Origin: a bacterium
GTDB taxonomy: Bacteria > RBG-13-61-14 > DATKZS01
DNA length: 64,000 bases
Assembly: GCA_963674965.2 (NCBI GenBank)
Contig: CAXXFL010000001.1
Span: 1,440,001 to 1,504,000 of the forward strand
Direction of reading: 5' to 3'
Shown here: in pieces, positions 8,883 to 19,200 of the stretch
How the letters are laid out: each line of letters starts with the position of its first letter
Position numbering within the stretch: position 1 is the stretch's first letter
Translations under genes and position numbers: made by a program
The notes under the pieces: generated by a model
The model's input: only the letters and a program-made list of their open reading frames with translations
The model's database searches: none
Told to the model about the DNA's origin: nothing

Positions 8883-9584
8883 TTACTCTCCTTTCATCTC
8901 CAGGGTGATTTTACCAAGCGGCTCTCCCACTCGAGTAATTTCAACCCGGTATTGTCCAAACTTAAGGTTCTCGAAAACGGCGGTCCCGCCGTCGAGCATC
9001 GAGCTTTCCAGCTCGAGGTCATCGTCGAAAAGACTGACCCTGACGCCCCTGGCGGGAAGGCCCGACTCGGCGTCCGTCATTTTTACCGTGATTTCCCCTC
9101 GGTCCGGCTTGGTTTTTTCCACGTCCACGTCGGTCCTGAACGGGGGCATCAGCTTGGAAAAGGTAACCAGGGTCTCGCTCACCACGTGGCCTTCTCCCCG
9201 CGTGGCGTCGGTGGCGGCAACGGCCTGGCCGCGGACGTCGTCGCTCATTTTAAGGACCTTGGCTACTCCTTTGGCGAATTGAATGACCAATTCCATGGTT
9301 TGGTTCCTCGAGGGGTCAAGGGCCTTGGCCCTGGCAAGTGCTCTTTGCGGTATAATTATCCGATCTTCCTTGTCTTTTTCCGAAAGGACCGTCTTGATTA
9401 CCCGCAAGGTGAAAAGACACTCAGGGCATCTGGCGGCGTGCATAAGAAGCTCGTCGGCGAGAGATTCCTCGAGTTTTCCCTCAGCCAGGGCGGCCAGGGT
9501 TTCATCGTCCGGACATTTTCCCCTGGGCCGGCTGGTGATGGACCTTTTGGCCAATCTCTTTAATATGTTGTCTTTTAGCTTCAT
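8883..9584 (-). CDS. Soluble zf-HC2 (ZAS) anti-sigma factor with C-terminal beta-sandwich domain
   Basis: CP...LAAL.EG.L...HAARCPEC zinc motif; no TM helix; directly downstream of ECF sigma; start taken at ATG 9584. Confidence 0.8.
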   Translation of the reverse strand: MKLKDNILKRLAKRSITSRPRGKCPDDETLAALAEGKLEESLADELLMHAARCPECLFTLRVIKTVLSEKDKEDRIIIPQRALARAKALDPSRNQTMELVIQFAKGVAKVLKMSDDVRGQAVAATDATRGEGHVVSETLVTFSKLMPPFRTDVDVEKTKPDRGEITVKMTDAESGLPARGVRVSLFDDDLELESSMLDGGTAVFENLKFGQYRVEITRVGEPLGKITLEMKGE

Positions 9585-9638
9585 CTCAAAAAAATCCGTC
9601 GTTGAAAGGACCCTGCGCACCTTCAATCTCAAAGGAAA

Positions 9639-9665
9639 TAGACGGGCGAGAAATTATTTTCTTCC
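9639..9665 (-). promoter_or_regulatory. Putative ECF-type promoter overlapping the sigma gene 3' end, driving anti-sigma and cyclase-CHAT genes
   Basis: Minus strand GGAAGA-N15-CGTCTA; CGTC -10 is typical of ECF promoters. Confidence 0.45.
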
Positions 9666-10319
9666 CCGCTTCTTTACCGATTCTTTCAGTTTATTTTTAA
9701 TCCTATTTACGCGGCTATAAACGGTTTTCACCGAAATGCCAAGTATTTGAGAGACTTCCTCGGGACCAAGTTCCCGTCCGTAATATAACTCCATGAAATA
9801 TCTGTCGTTTTCGCATAATTCCTCAATGGCTTCCGCCATGGCCGCGTTTTTTTCGTTTTCCTCAAAATCTTCGTCCGGCATGGTCACGGGGTTCCTATGG
9901 GATACCTCGAGCGCCATTTCCTCGCTGGTAATGTCCACAAGTTTTATTCTTCGGGCCTTTTGCCTCAAATAATCGATAATGAACCTTACCGTAATGGTCC
10001 GAATCCAGGTCGCGGCGGTCGCGCCCTCGTACCCCCTGTAAAGTCTAAGCTTTTTACAGTCGTCCTTGATAAAGTGGATGATGACGTCGTTAAACAGGTC
10101 TTCAAGTTCTTCAGGGGCGGGCTTGTAATTCTTAAGGGAACAGGTGCGGTGGATGGAATAATAGATAAGCTTGCCGTATTGGTCCAGGAACCTGTCCCAT
10201 GCCCCGGGCTCCGCGGCACAGCAGGCCCGGAGCAACTCCTTGCCGGAATCGAGATCGTCGAAACTATTATCGCCGTTAATTTCGGACAAAATTATATCCG
10301 CGCGTGGCCGTCTCCGCAT
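9654..10319 (-). CDS. ECF (group 4) sigma-70 factor
   Basis: Region 2 (AWDRFLDQYGKLIY, EDLFNDV, TWIRTITVRFIIDYLR) and region 4 (EEVSQILGISVKTVYSRVNRIK); exact start uncertain. Confidence 0.9.
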   Translation of the reverse strand: MRRRPRADIILSEINGDNSFDDLDSGKELLRACCAAEPGAWDRFLDQYGKLIYYSIHRTCSLKNYKPAPEELEDLFNDVIIHFIKDDCKKLRLYRGYEGATAATWIRTITVRFIIDYLRQKARRIKLVDITSEEMALEVSHRNPVTMPDEDFEENEKNAAMAEAIEELCENDRYFMELYYGRELGPEEVSQILGISVKTVYSRVNRIKNKLKESVKKRGRK

Positions 10320-10446
10320 TCCAGTCGGAAAAACGACGCGCCGGGCGCCCTCCTTACATTGGCCAACCGCTTATGAAATTACCAGATGCGGATAATAAGG
10401 TCAAGGTATGGGCGGCGCTCCAGCGGGGGAGCGCCCGGGCGGCCGC

Positions 10447-12012
10447 TTATAATTTATCGTACCTGAAGAAAAGCCTCTTGATGGGAGCCAGTATCCATCT
10501 GAAAACGATTATAGGTATGCCGGTTTTCTTGAACCTGAAATAGGCGTCCATGGCCGAAAGGCCCGAGAACATCCAGTCCGAGAAGCGGTAGGCCTCCTCG
10601 ATGAGGTCCAGGCTAACGGGCAAAAGGTCGATAACGTTCTGCCAGGGATCGTATATGGACTTGTCGCCCTCCCAGATCACCTCGGGCTTGCCAAAGGCCT
10701 CCCAGGCCAGGCCCAGGAAACGGCCCACCCGCGGGTCGTCCGCGTCAAGCCCCATCTTCTTGGCCCCCACCCAGTCCACGGCCATGAGGTTCTCGCCCGC
10801 GATAATCGTCTTGGTATGGTTCGGATGGGTGTCCGTTATAACGCCGAGCTGGCCGTCAGCGCTCCAGAAGGCGTCGATAATCCCGAAGTGGACCTTGAAG
10901 TGCTTCATGCTCTCGATGGTGGGCCAGTCGTATTCGCGCTTGGTATGGTACTCGAGGAGCTTGTTCTGACAGGGCAGTGTCCCGTAAATGTTTTTAAGGG
11001 TCAGGGTGTACTGACAGAAGACGTGGGTCTTGTTCTTGGCGAAGGACACCCGGAAGTCGGCGTCGCGCCAGGTTGGCCCCACCCAGTGCATGCCCAGCCT
11101 TCCTCCGTAATCGTAGGGGACCATCTCCTCGGTAAGGTCCACTATCCGGTAGTTCTCGCCGGTGTATCCGATATATTCGGCGACTTTTTTAACCTCGCGG
11201 TTCTCATAATAGTTGCCATAGGTGCTCTGGGCCTCGACCAGGGCAATATTGGTGAATCCCTCATCATAAATAATTTTAATGAGCTTCTCGACCAACTGGG
11301 GGTCCGTAAAGGAGCTGTGGTCCTTTTTGCTGTGCATGAACATGAAGTTGGGCTTGACCGCCACCAAAAAGTCCTCTTTACTTTTTCCAGAGTCCTTATG
11401 GCATTTTTTAAGGACTTCCATGAATTTCGCGTCCTCGAGGGTCTTTTCAAGGAGCGCGATCTTTTCCTCGCCCTTGTTCACCACCACCCGGGTGGGACCG
11501 GTATGCTCGGTAATGTCCAGGTGGTCGCGACAGTAGACCGTCTGCCTTTTGAACCAGGCCCGGATGGACCGAAGATACAGGATAAGGGTGATCCAGAAAA
11601 TGGTGCCGTCCACCAGAAAGATGGCAAGATAGGCGAAATGCCGGGCGGAGAAAAGAAACAGGCCCATGCCCGAGACGGCGCTCGCCGCCTTGGCCACCAG
11701 AACGTAAACGGTAAGGGGCTTGTACTTGACCACGTTGTAATAGACCATGCAACTGAGGGCGGAGATGGTGGTCATCATCGAGAAAGTGAGGGAAAGCCAG
11801 AACCTCTCGCTTGACATATCGACGGGCGGCAGCTTGAGATGCAGCCCTTCCGAGATATCGTTCATCAGGGTCAGCGTGAAGTCGGGCGCGAAAAGGAAGA
11901 CGAAACCGACGAACAGGTAGGTCAGTCCCGCCACTCCCATGAAGTATCTTAGCTGCGTCTCCTGGCGATGGGGCGCCCTCTCGTCCTCGCCGCATCCTTT
12001 GTGCTCGTTCAT
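10447..12012 (-). CDS. DUF362-family (Fe-S-associated) protein with N-terminal 4-TM domain
   Basis: VKPNF, TDPQLV, KNKTH..TLTLKN.YG, IIDA, NLMAVDWV motifs; ATG 12012 with AGGAGG RBS overlapping upstream stop (ATGA). Confidence 0.7.
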   Translation of the reverse strand: MNEHKGCGEDERAPHRQETQLRYFMGVAGLTYLFVGFVFLFAPDFTLTLMNDISEGLHLKLPPVDMSSERFWLSLTFSMMTTISALSCMVYYNVVKYKPLTVYVLVAKAASAVSGMGLFLFSARHFAYLAIFLVDGTIFWITLILYLRSIRAWFKRQTVYCRDHLDITEHTGPTRVVVNKGEEKIALLEKTLEDAKFMEVLKKCHKDSGKSKEDFLVAVKPNFMFMHSKKDHSSFTDPQLVEKLIKIIYDEGFTNIALVEAQSTYGNYYENREVKKVAEYIGYTGENYRIVDLTEEMVPYDYGGRLGMHWVGPTWRDADFRVSFAKNKTHVFCQYTLTLKNIYGTLPCQNKLLEYHTKREYDWPTIESMKHFKVHFGIIDAFWSADGQLGVITDTHPNHTKTIIAGENLMAVDWVGAKKMGLDADDPRVGRFLGLAWEAFGKPEVIWEGDKSIYDPWQNVIDLLPVSLDLIEEAYRFSDWMFSGLSAMDAYFRFKKTGIPIIVFRWILAPIKRLFFRYDKL

Positions 12013-12800
12013 GATTCCTCCTTTTCCTTGGGCGCGTCCTGGCCGAGGGACTCGGCCGCGAGGAAGGCGGCCAGCGCGAATTGGGTCAGTATCTCGAGGG
12101 GCCAGCATCCGATAACCAGAAACAGGGGCGGATAGCTTGGGCTATGGCTGAACGTCCATATCCCGGCGGCGATTGCCCCCAGGTACTCGCAAAGGTTGGC
12201 GGCGATAAGCGTCGCCATGACGGTCCCGGCGAAGACGGCGAAATTCATCCGGATGGAAGTATAGGCGGCGACGGCGAAGAGGATGACGTAAAAGGCCACG
12301 AAGTAATAGCCCACGCCGTCCCAGTACTCGCCGAGGGACAGCCAGATGAACCAGAAGAAGAAGGCCACGCAAAGCGGGTTGATCCATCTCGGCGCGGGCC
12401 TCAGCCATTGGGGGAAAGAGGGCTCGAGCAGGCTGACGGTCTTGATCAAGACCCGGGACGAGACAACGTAGACCGTGACCGCCGCCGCCACCCAGGCCAA
12501 TATGCCGAAAGTGTAGAAATGGCCGGGCCCGTTGTAGGTCCAGCATTTCGAGGCCACGCCTATGGACTCCTTCACGTACTCGATCAGGAAGACGCCAAGC
12601 AAAAGGGCCAGCATCCTTTTGGTGGACGAGAAAAGGGCCATCCAGACCACGCAGGCGAAGCCGAAAAGGAGCAGGACCAGGAAAGGCCCTCTCAGCATGG
12701 GCGCGTAGCCTTCATGGACGGCCGCGAAAAGGGTGACGGCTATGAAAAGCCCGGCTAGAAAAAGGTTCTTGGGCCTGTCGTTGACGATATCCGACTTCAT
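12009..12800 (-). CDS. Polytopic membrane protein with internal duplication (E..G....WT(Y/F) motif twice)
   Basis: About 8 hydrophobic helices; EYVKESIGVASKCWTY and CEYLGAIAAGIWTF; translationally coupled to the DUF362 gene. Confidence 0.65.
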   Translation of the reverse strand: MKSDIVNDRPKNLFLAGLFIAVTLFAAVHEGYAPMLRGPFLVLLLFGFACVVWMALFSSTKRMLALLLGVFLIEYVKESIGVASKCWTYNGPGHFYTFGILAWVAAAVTVYVVSSRVLIKTVSLLEPSFPQWLRPAPRWINPLCVAFFFWFIWLSLGEYWDGVGYYFVAFYVILFAVAAYTSIRMNFAVFAGTVMATLIAANLCEYLGAIAAGIWTFSHSPSYPPLFLVIGCWPLEILTQFALAAFLAAESLGQDAPKEKEES

Positions 12801-13249
12801 CCGGCTCCTCCCGCTTGAGTTGTAGTGCCGCCGCTATTAATACGATTATTAGCGGTCATATATTCCTATCACAAACGCCCTCGACCGGCAAGAGATATTT
12901 TTAAAAGCATGGGGAAGCCACACGGATAATCTTTTCTCGAGGCTTTAATCTCTTTCATTTGTCTGGAAGGAATTTGTTGAAGGCCATAGTACAGAGATTT
13001 GAAAGAAAAACGGCCATGAATATATAAGAATGCTACTCCCGACCGGTTATAGAAACTCGTTTCGCGGTGTATTTGACGATATCTATAATACTCGTATATG
13101 ATGAGCCGAAAATTACAATTGGTGGATTCATCACGGCCGGCTGGAAGCGGGAATTTTCAAGCTGCAATAAGATACGTATAGACGACGGAACGTTGAAATC
13201 AAGATTTCAAACTTAAGTCAAAACGGGAAAGAAAGGAGAAGTCAAAATA

Positions 13250-16200
13250 ATGGATTTTATAAAAAAGAACCGTTCAAAAATGGCCGTCCCTTTAGGGACT
13301 TCGTTACTTATTTGCTTAACGGTTGTCACCTGTGCGCTTCCACAAGGGGCCGATATTAAGTGGACCCACCCTCCGTTTCTTAATTTCGGTTACGGCATAA
13401 AGATTCATGACGTCGTAGACCCAAACATGAACGATAAGAATGAACGGATAGTTTTCTATTTTGGAGAGGGCCAGGACACTTCATCTTTTTATCCTGGCGA
13501 CGATTTGGCAATTGAAAAATGCCTTGCCCATGAAATAAACGGGGTTTGGCAGTGCGACGGACAGTCCGAAAGTCTTGACCTCAACGAGTATCTCCCGACC
13601 GATTTCTGCCAGTTCGGTCCCGGCCAGCCGGGGGCTGAACTTTGCTTCATTTGCAATGATTATTCCACTCCATGCTCTTCCAGTGACAATAACTGCTGCC
13701 AGTTTATAGGCTTTCAATATGACACGGAGGAGTACATTCTATCCGAGTCGTCGAGAGTAACCGGATCGTTTACATACGCATATGCGTGGGACTGGACGGA
13801 AAAAGACGGACTGGATGATAAGATATACGACCGGCTGACGATATGGGTGGACAACCTGGAGGGAGACGCCTCAAGCAACTACCTGTATTTCGTAACCATA
13901 AACGGTCAATATACGCTTGAGTTCGTATCTCACGCGCATGACGACTCCTGGGATGAGATACCATATTTGAAGTCCCGCCGCCCGGCCTTTAACTCCGGTC
14001 TCGGGATCGGCGAACCTTTTCCACCACATGGTGAGTTGAAAATGGAGTTCAGCGAGCCGATGAGGATAGTTGCCCCTCATGCCTGGTATGATCCCGCTCC
14101 TCCACCCAGCGAAGATTCCTTCATCGGCCTGGACGAGTACGGCCAGGAAATCAGCGACTTCACCAACTCCACCGTTTTCAGGGGCTGGATGGACGCGGGG
14201 CTTCCTCCTAACACGGACGTCAATATTATCCTGTTCGGCGAGGGAAATGAATGGTGGAGCATGCTCAATTACCATCCAGACGACCTCATCGGCCAAAGCG
14301 TCCGTCCGTCCGAGATTGGACATGATCAATACTTGGTCTGGCCGCCCCTCCAGGACGCCGATGGAACGCGAATGGCCATGGGGGACTATATCGAAGCCGT
14401 CGAAAACCCCGCCGGGTCCGGAGTGCTGGAGGAATCATACACGATGGACGAGTTTTCCTCCCATGACCCGTACGACGTGGTGGAACTGCTCTTTAAAACG
14501 TCTCCCGTCCGGGCCGACGTCCGTTACGACAAAGACAATATCGACAATGAATTGCTGGCGCCCTACATGCCTTTGTCCGGATGCGTCGAAATGTCAGCCC
14601 AGGTTGACGAGGCCGAGGTGGACGGACTTGATCTTGAGGTCCTCGACCCGTCCGCTGATTACGCTGACTCCGGACTGGGCCTGGGCTCGTGCGGACCCAT
14701 TTCGTCCGGACAGGCCGCGTGCGCCTTCGATTTTTCCGGCGTGCCCGTATCCGGGAAAACCTACTCCATAAGGTTCAATTCCTACTACGGCGCGGCGCTT
14801 AAAGGTCTCGATCAGATCAACGCTCAATTCGATCTAACCGGTGACCATGACGCCGACGGCCTTTCCGACGCCCAGGAGATTCAAAACCACTCCACCGACC
14901 CTTGTATAGCCGACACGGACGGCGACGGCTTGTTCGACGGAGACGAGGTTTACACCTATATGACTGACCCGACGGACCCGGACACCGATGGAGACGGCAT
15001 GCCCGACGGTTGGGAGCACGTCAACGGTCTTGACCCGCTCGACGACGGCGATTGGGACGACGATCAGGATTCCGACGGCCTGACCAACCTTAATGAGTTT
15101 AATAACGGGACGGACCCATCGAATCAGGACACGGACGGCGACGGCCTATTCGACGACATGGAGATTTTCTACGGATATCCGTATGATCCTTTGGAACCCC
15201 AAGAAAATTCAAATATTATCGTTGACGCGCGGTCCAGCGTGTTCGGTTCTTTTGACGACCCATACAATCACAGGACCATTCCAAACATGGACACGGGACT
15301 TTACGAATTGTTCCTGCTGAATCAGGCCAAGGACACTTTCGACTACGTGGGAAATGGAATGCTGCTATTCGAGATTGACGCGAATGGCTCATTGACACTG
15401 GTAAGACATTTAAATTCCGACGTCTCCAGCGGAGATTGGGACGGCGTTGATACCGAGGACCAGTGGTTCGAGGACACGATAACTTCATTCGCCCTTAACG
15501 GAGACGAGCTTGTCATTGGATCGTTCAGAGGCGGCCTGTATTATTACGACCTTGTCAACGAAAAGATAAACAAACATTTTACGATGGCCAATACCAACGT
15601 TGCGGCCACGATTACCCAAATCGCCGGGAACGACATATATCTTGTTCCAGACGACTGCGATATAGTAAATCCGCTTTGTCCATCACCTTCGACAACCCCA
15701 TGCTTGTCAAGTGATTTGACGAGTGGCTGGGATTGGCAAAACGCAATAAACCGGCAGATTATGATAAACGGATACAGTTTTATAGTGACTTCTATAAGCG
15801 TCGCCGGCTCCGAAATTGTAGTTCAGTTACTTCAGCCCATGGAATACTTCGCGCGACCAGACCCGATTCAAGGGGTGGGGCCATCCTACAATAAAGCCGT
15901 TTTCCAAACGGGGCTTATCGAGAATAACGTTTTTCAAATCCAAGCTGACTCGGATGATATATGGATCAATTCGGGCAGGAGTCAAATGAAAAGCCCGTTT
16001 CTAGGAGCGGACGAAACTGGGGGTATGAGTAAAATCAAAAAATCCGGTATCCAGGATGGAAATTCCTCGATAAGGCCTCAAGCTTCCGAGGCTGGATATA
16101 ACATGTACCCGGCGGCCTCATTTCATATTGACTCGAACGAAACGAAATGGATCGTGTGGGACAATTCCGACTCCGCTACCGAGACCGCCATTGGAAAGCT

Positions 16201-19200
16201 TACACTAATCGGAGATTACAATGAAAAAACCTATACTTACGCCGATCCTTCCACAATCTATGGCGCGGAACCTATAAGCGTCATTGAAGACGCGCAATTA
16301 GGAGAGAAAAAATATTTGTTATTCGGTACAAAATATAATGCGGGGAGTATTGAGAAAGGAGTCTTTGTTTATGATATCGACTCGGATATCTTCATCGCTA
16401 AATTAAGACATAACTTGGACGACTACTATCATGTTATCGATGGAGATCAAAGCGGCGATCCAAACAGCATCTTGGGCAATAATGTATTCGCGATAAAGGC
16501 TCAAGTAGTTAAGGTAGGGCCCTCTAATAATGAGAAAGACCACGTTTTCGCCTGGATTGCTACGGACCATGGAGTAAGCCTGGTCGATCTGCCGCAGACC
16601 TCTACTGATGAGCTAGAAAATTGCGGTACCAACTGCGCCTTTGAACATTTTGACGCGTCTAGCAAGGTTACCAACGGATGGGACTATTCTGGATACCCAA
16701 TGATGCACGACGACGTTTTACAATATTCTTGCCTGCCGGATAACATTGTATATGACGTTCACGTTGAAAGCGCAATTCCTGCGAATGATATAAAGGACGT
16801 GACGTGGACCGTATGGTTTGCAACCGCAAGCGGACTTGCACGGTTCAAAGGCACAAGCGAGGAGTTTCAATATGTCGATAGCCAGTGCGAGCAATTACAT
16901 TGGGATTATTACAATAATAGTACGGATTCATTATTATTCCCCGACCAAAAAAATGATAAAGTTAGCTCCATGCTATTTTTCAATCATGGTGACAAGGATT
17001 ATCTTGCCGTAGGGTCGGGGGATCCTTTTTATCATAATACCGGAAATACTTCTAAAGAGATAGAATTACTTAATGAAGCTAATAAAACCAGCCCAAACAA
17101 GCCCTTCAGAAAAGTAAGAGCAAATATCTTTATCAATGAGGATTGGACACAAAACGTTTGGGAAAGAGGATACAATTCGATATATAACTTTTATACGAAA
17201 GATTTTCATGACGCCACAAGCGTTACTGGAGATGAATGCGGAATAGAAGAACCGCAATGCATAGAAGACGAGATTCACAGGTTGAAATTTGGCAATCTCG
17301 ACTTGATCATGGACAAGTTGGTACAGGAAAGAGACGTGATACCCATTATAGGTTTCCATAGTTTTCCGATGATTATTTGGAATGAAATGGGAAAAGATTG
17401 CGGCCACTTTTTTGCTAGTGACCCTGAACATTCCATGGGTTGCTGGGGAAGCGTAGATTGGAGAGTCTATCAGAACCTCGTTTACGCTCTACTTTATCAC
17501 TACCGGGAAAGATATGGGTCCGATAAAGTTAATAGTTGGTACCTCGAGATTTATAACGAAAACGGCCCATTTGATCTTAATGACGATTACTATCAGGCCA
17601 CTCTTGAGGCCATTGAGGCTTTTGAGGCCAAATACGGAAAGACCATCAATTTTGGAGTTAATAAAAGCGGATTTGTAGACGATTTTTCATTCTCGGAAGG
17701 AGATGATGGTTGGATGTCTCGTTTGGATATTATTACGTGCCATCCATACGACCACGCCTCTCTATATAAAGCCAGCCCAATCCATTTGCAGACTCATTTA
17801 GATGGCGTAAGAGCATCAAGACTCTGGATTCATAAATTATTTCCACATGCCACATGGGCATATACTGAGGACGGCCCGTGGTTCTCAACGGACTCCCGGG
17901 CTAATTACGATATATTTCTTCGCACGTATAACAATCATCGATTCGGAATCTACAACTGGGACGGCGTAAGAGATATCCATGATAGCTCCATGCTTGATAT
18001 ACTGAGGCCTCCGGACTTCTCGAATCATGAAAACTTCAATTTCAGTAAAGCGGGTTCTTTTGTAAATCTATGGAATTATACAAATTATATTGAAGATAAA
18101 GCCGTCGTGAGAAACGTTAATTTCACGGCCCAGGAAGCTTTGTCCCATTTGGGAGACCTGAGAATCTTCGCTTCGAAATACGGAAACGGGTCAGAAATGG
18201 CGCCATTCGCCACTCTCGATTCCCATAACATGGGCAGCATTGCCGTTGCCGCGCAAGATTACTCTTTCTGGGGATTATATCCTGATGATTTACTAGACCA
18301 AGCGCTGGTAAACCGAAGCGTAAGAACACATAATATAACCATCAATGGATTGGACCCCAACGCCGAATACAACGTCCTCGAGTACAAACTCGACGAAGAG
18401 CATGGAAGCGAAAGCGACGATGATTACTATCTTGGCGCTTATTATCAATATATGGAACAAGGCTGCGCCATCAAGCCACAGAACTGCACGGGACCGGTCC
18501 TGGAAAAAATAATCGAAGACTCCAAATTGAAAAGATTGAAGGGCGCCAGTGAAAGAGCGTTTTCAGAGATGGTGTCGGGGTCCTCGCATATCGATGGCTC
18601 TATCGATCTGGTCGAGGGCGGAGCCTACGTAGTAGAGTTACAGGCCGCGCCGGTCCTTCATCACGATCCAGCCCAGATTCCGGCGGAACATTCCATGATA
18701 TCCGACCCGGCGGGAAACATCTTCGTGACTTACAAGGCGGGGGACAGCCTGTTCCTCAAGTCGTGGGACGTTAACACTAATAAATGGTCCGTCGAGGGCG
18801 TTTTGGACTTTGACGACTCAAGGTCCGTGTCTGACGTGCAATACGTCGTGGACGCTCAATCATATCTCGCCTCCTTCCAGGACGGCGCGCCCGGAGGGCC
18901 ATACGAGGGAAAGAAAATAATCCATCTCGCCGATCATTACATCCACCCGGAGTCGATCGTCCTTACCCAGACTGGGATTGATTATACCCCTCGAAACGCC
19001 TGTTATCAGGGAATGTACAACCTCAAGTACAATTACCATGACAAGACCCTCGAGCTTTGTCCAGGGTCCGAGATGAGCGACGGGCAGGTAACGGTTAATT
19101 ACGACCGCTCGGTAGTCCTGCTGGGAGCCGAGAGTTCGGCCAATCAACCGGGATTATACGCGCATGACGGCGTCAGCCTTTTTGGCCACGTGGTGGAACA

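Noticed and set aside
13120-13136. CRP-type site upstream of the large secreted protein gene
   Set aside because: TGGTG-N6-TCACG is too weak a match to TGTGA-N6-TCACA
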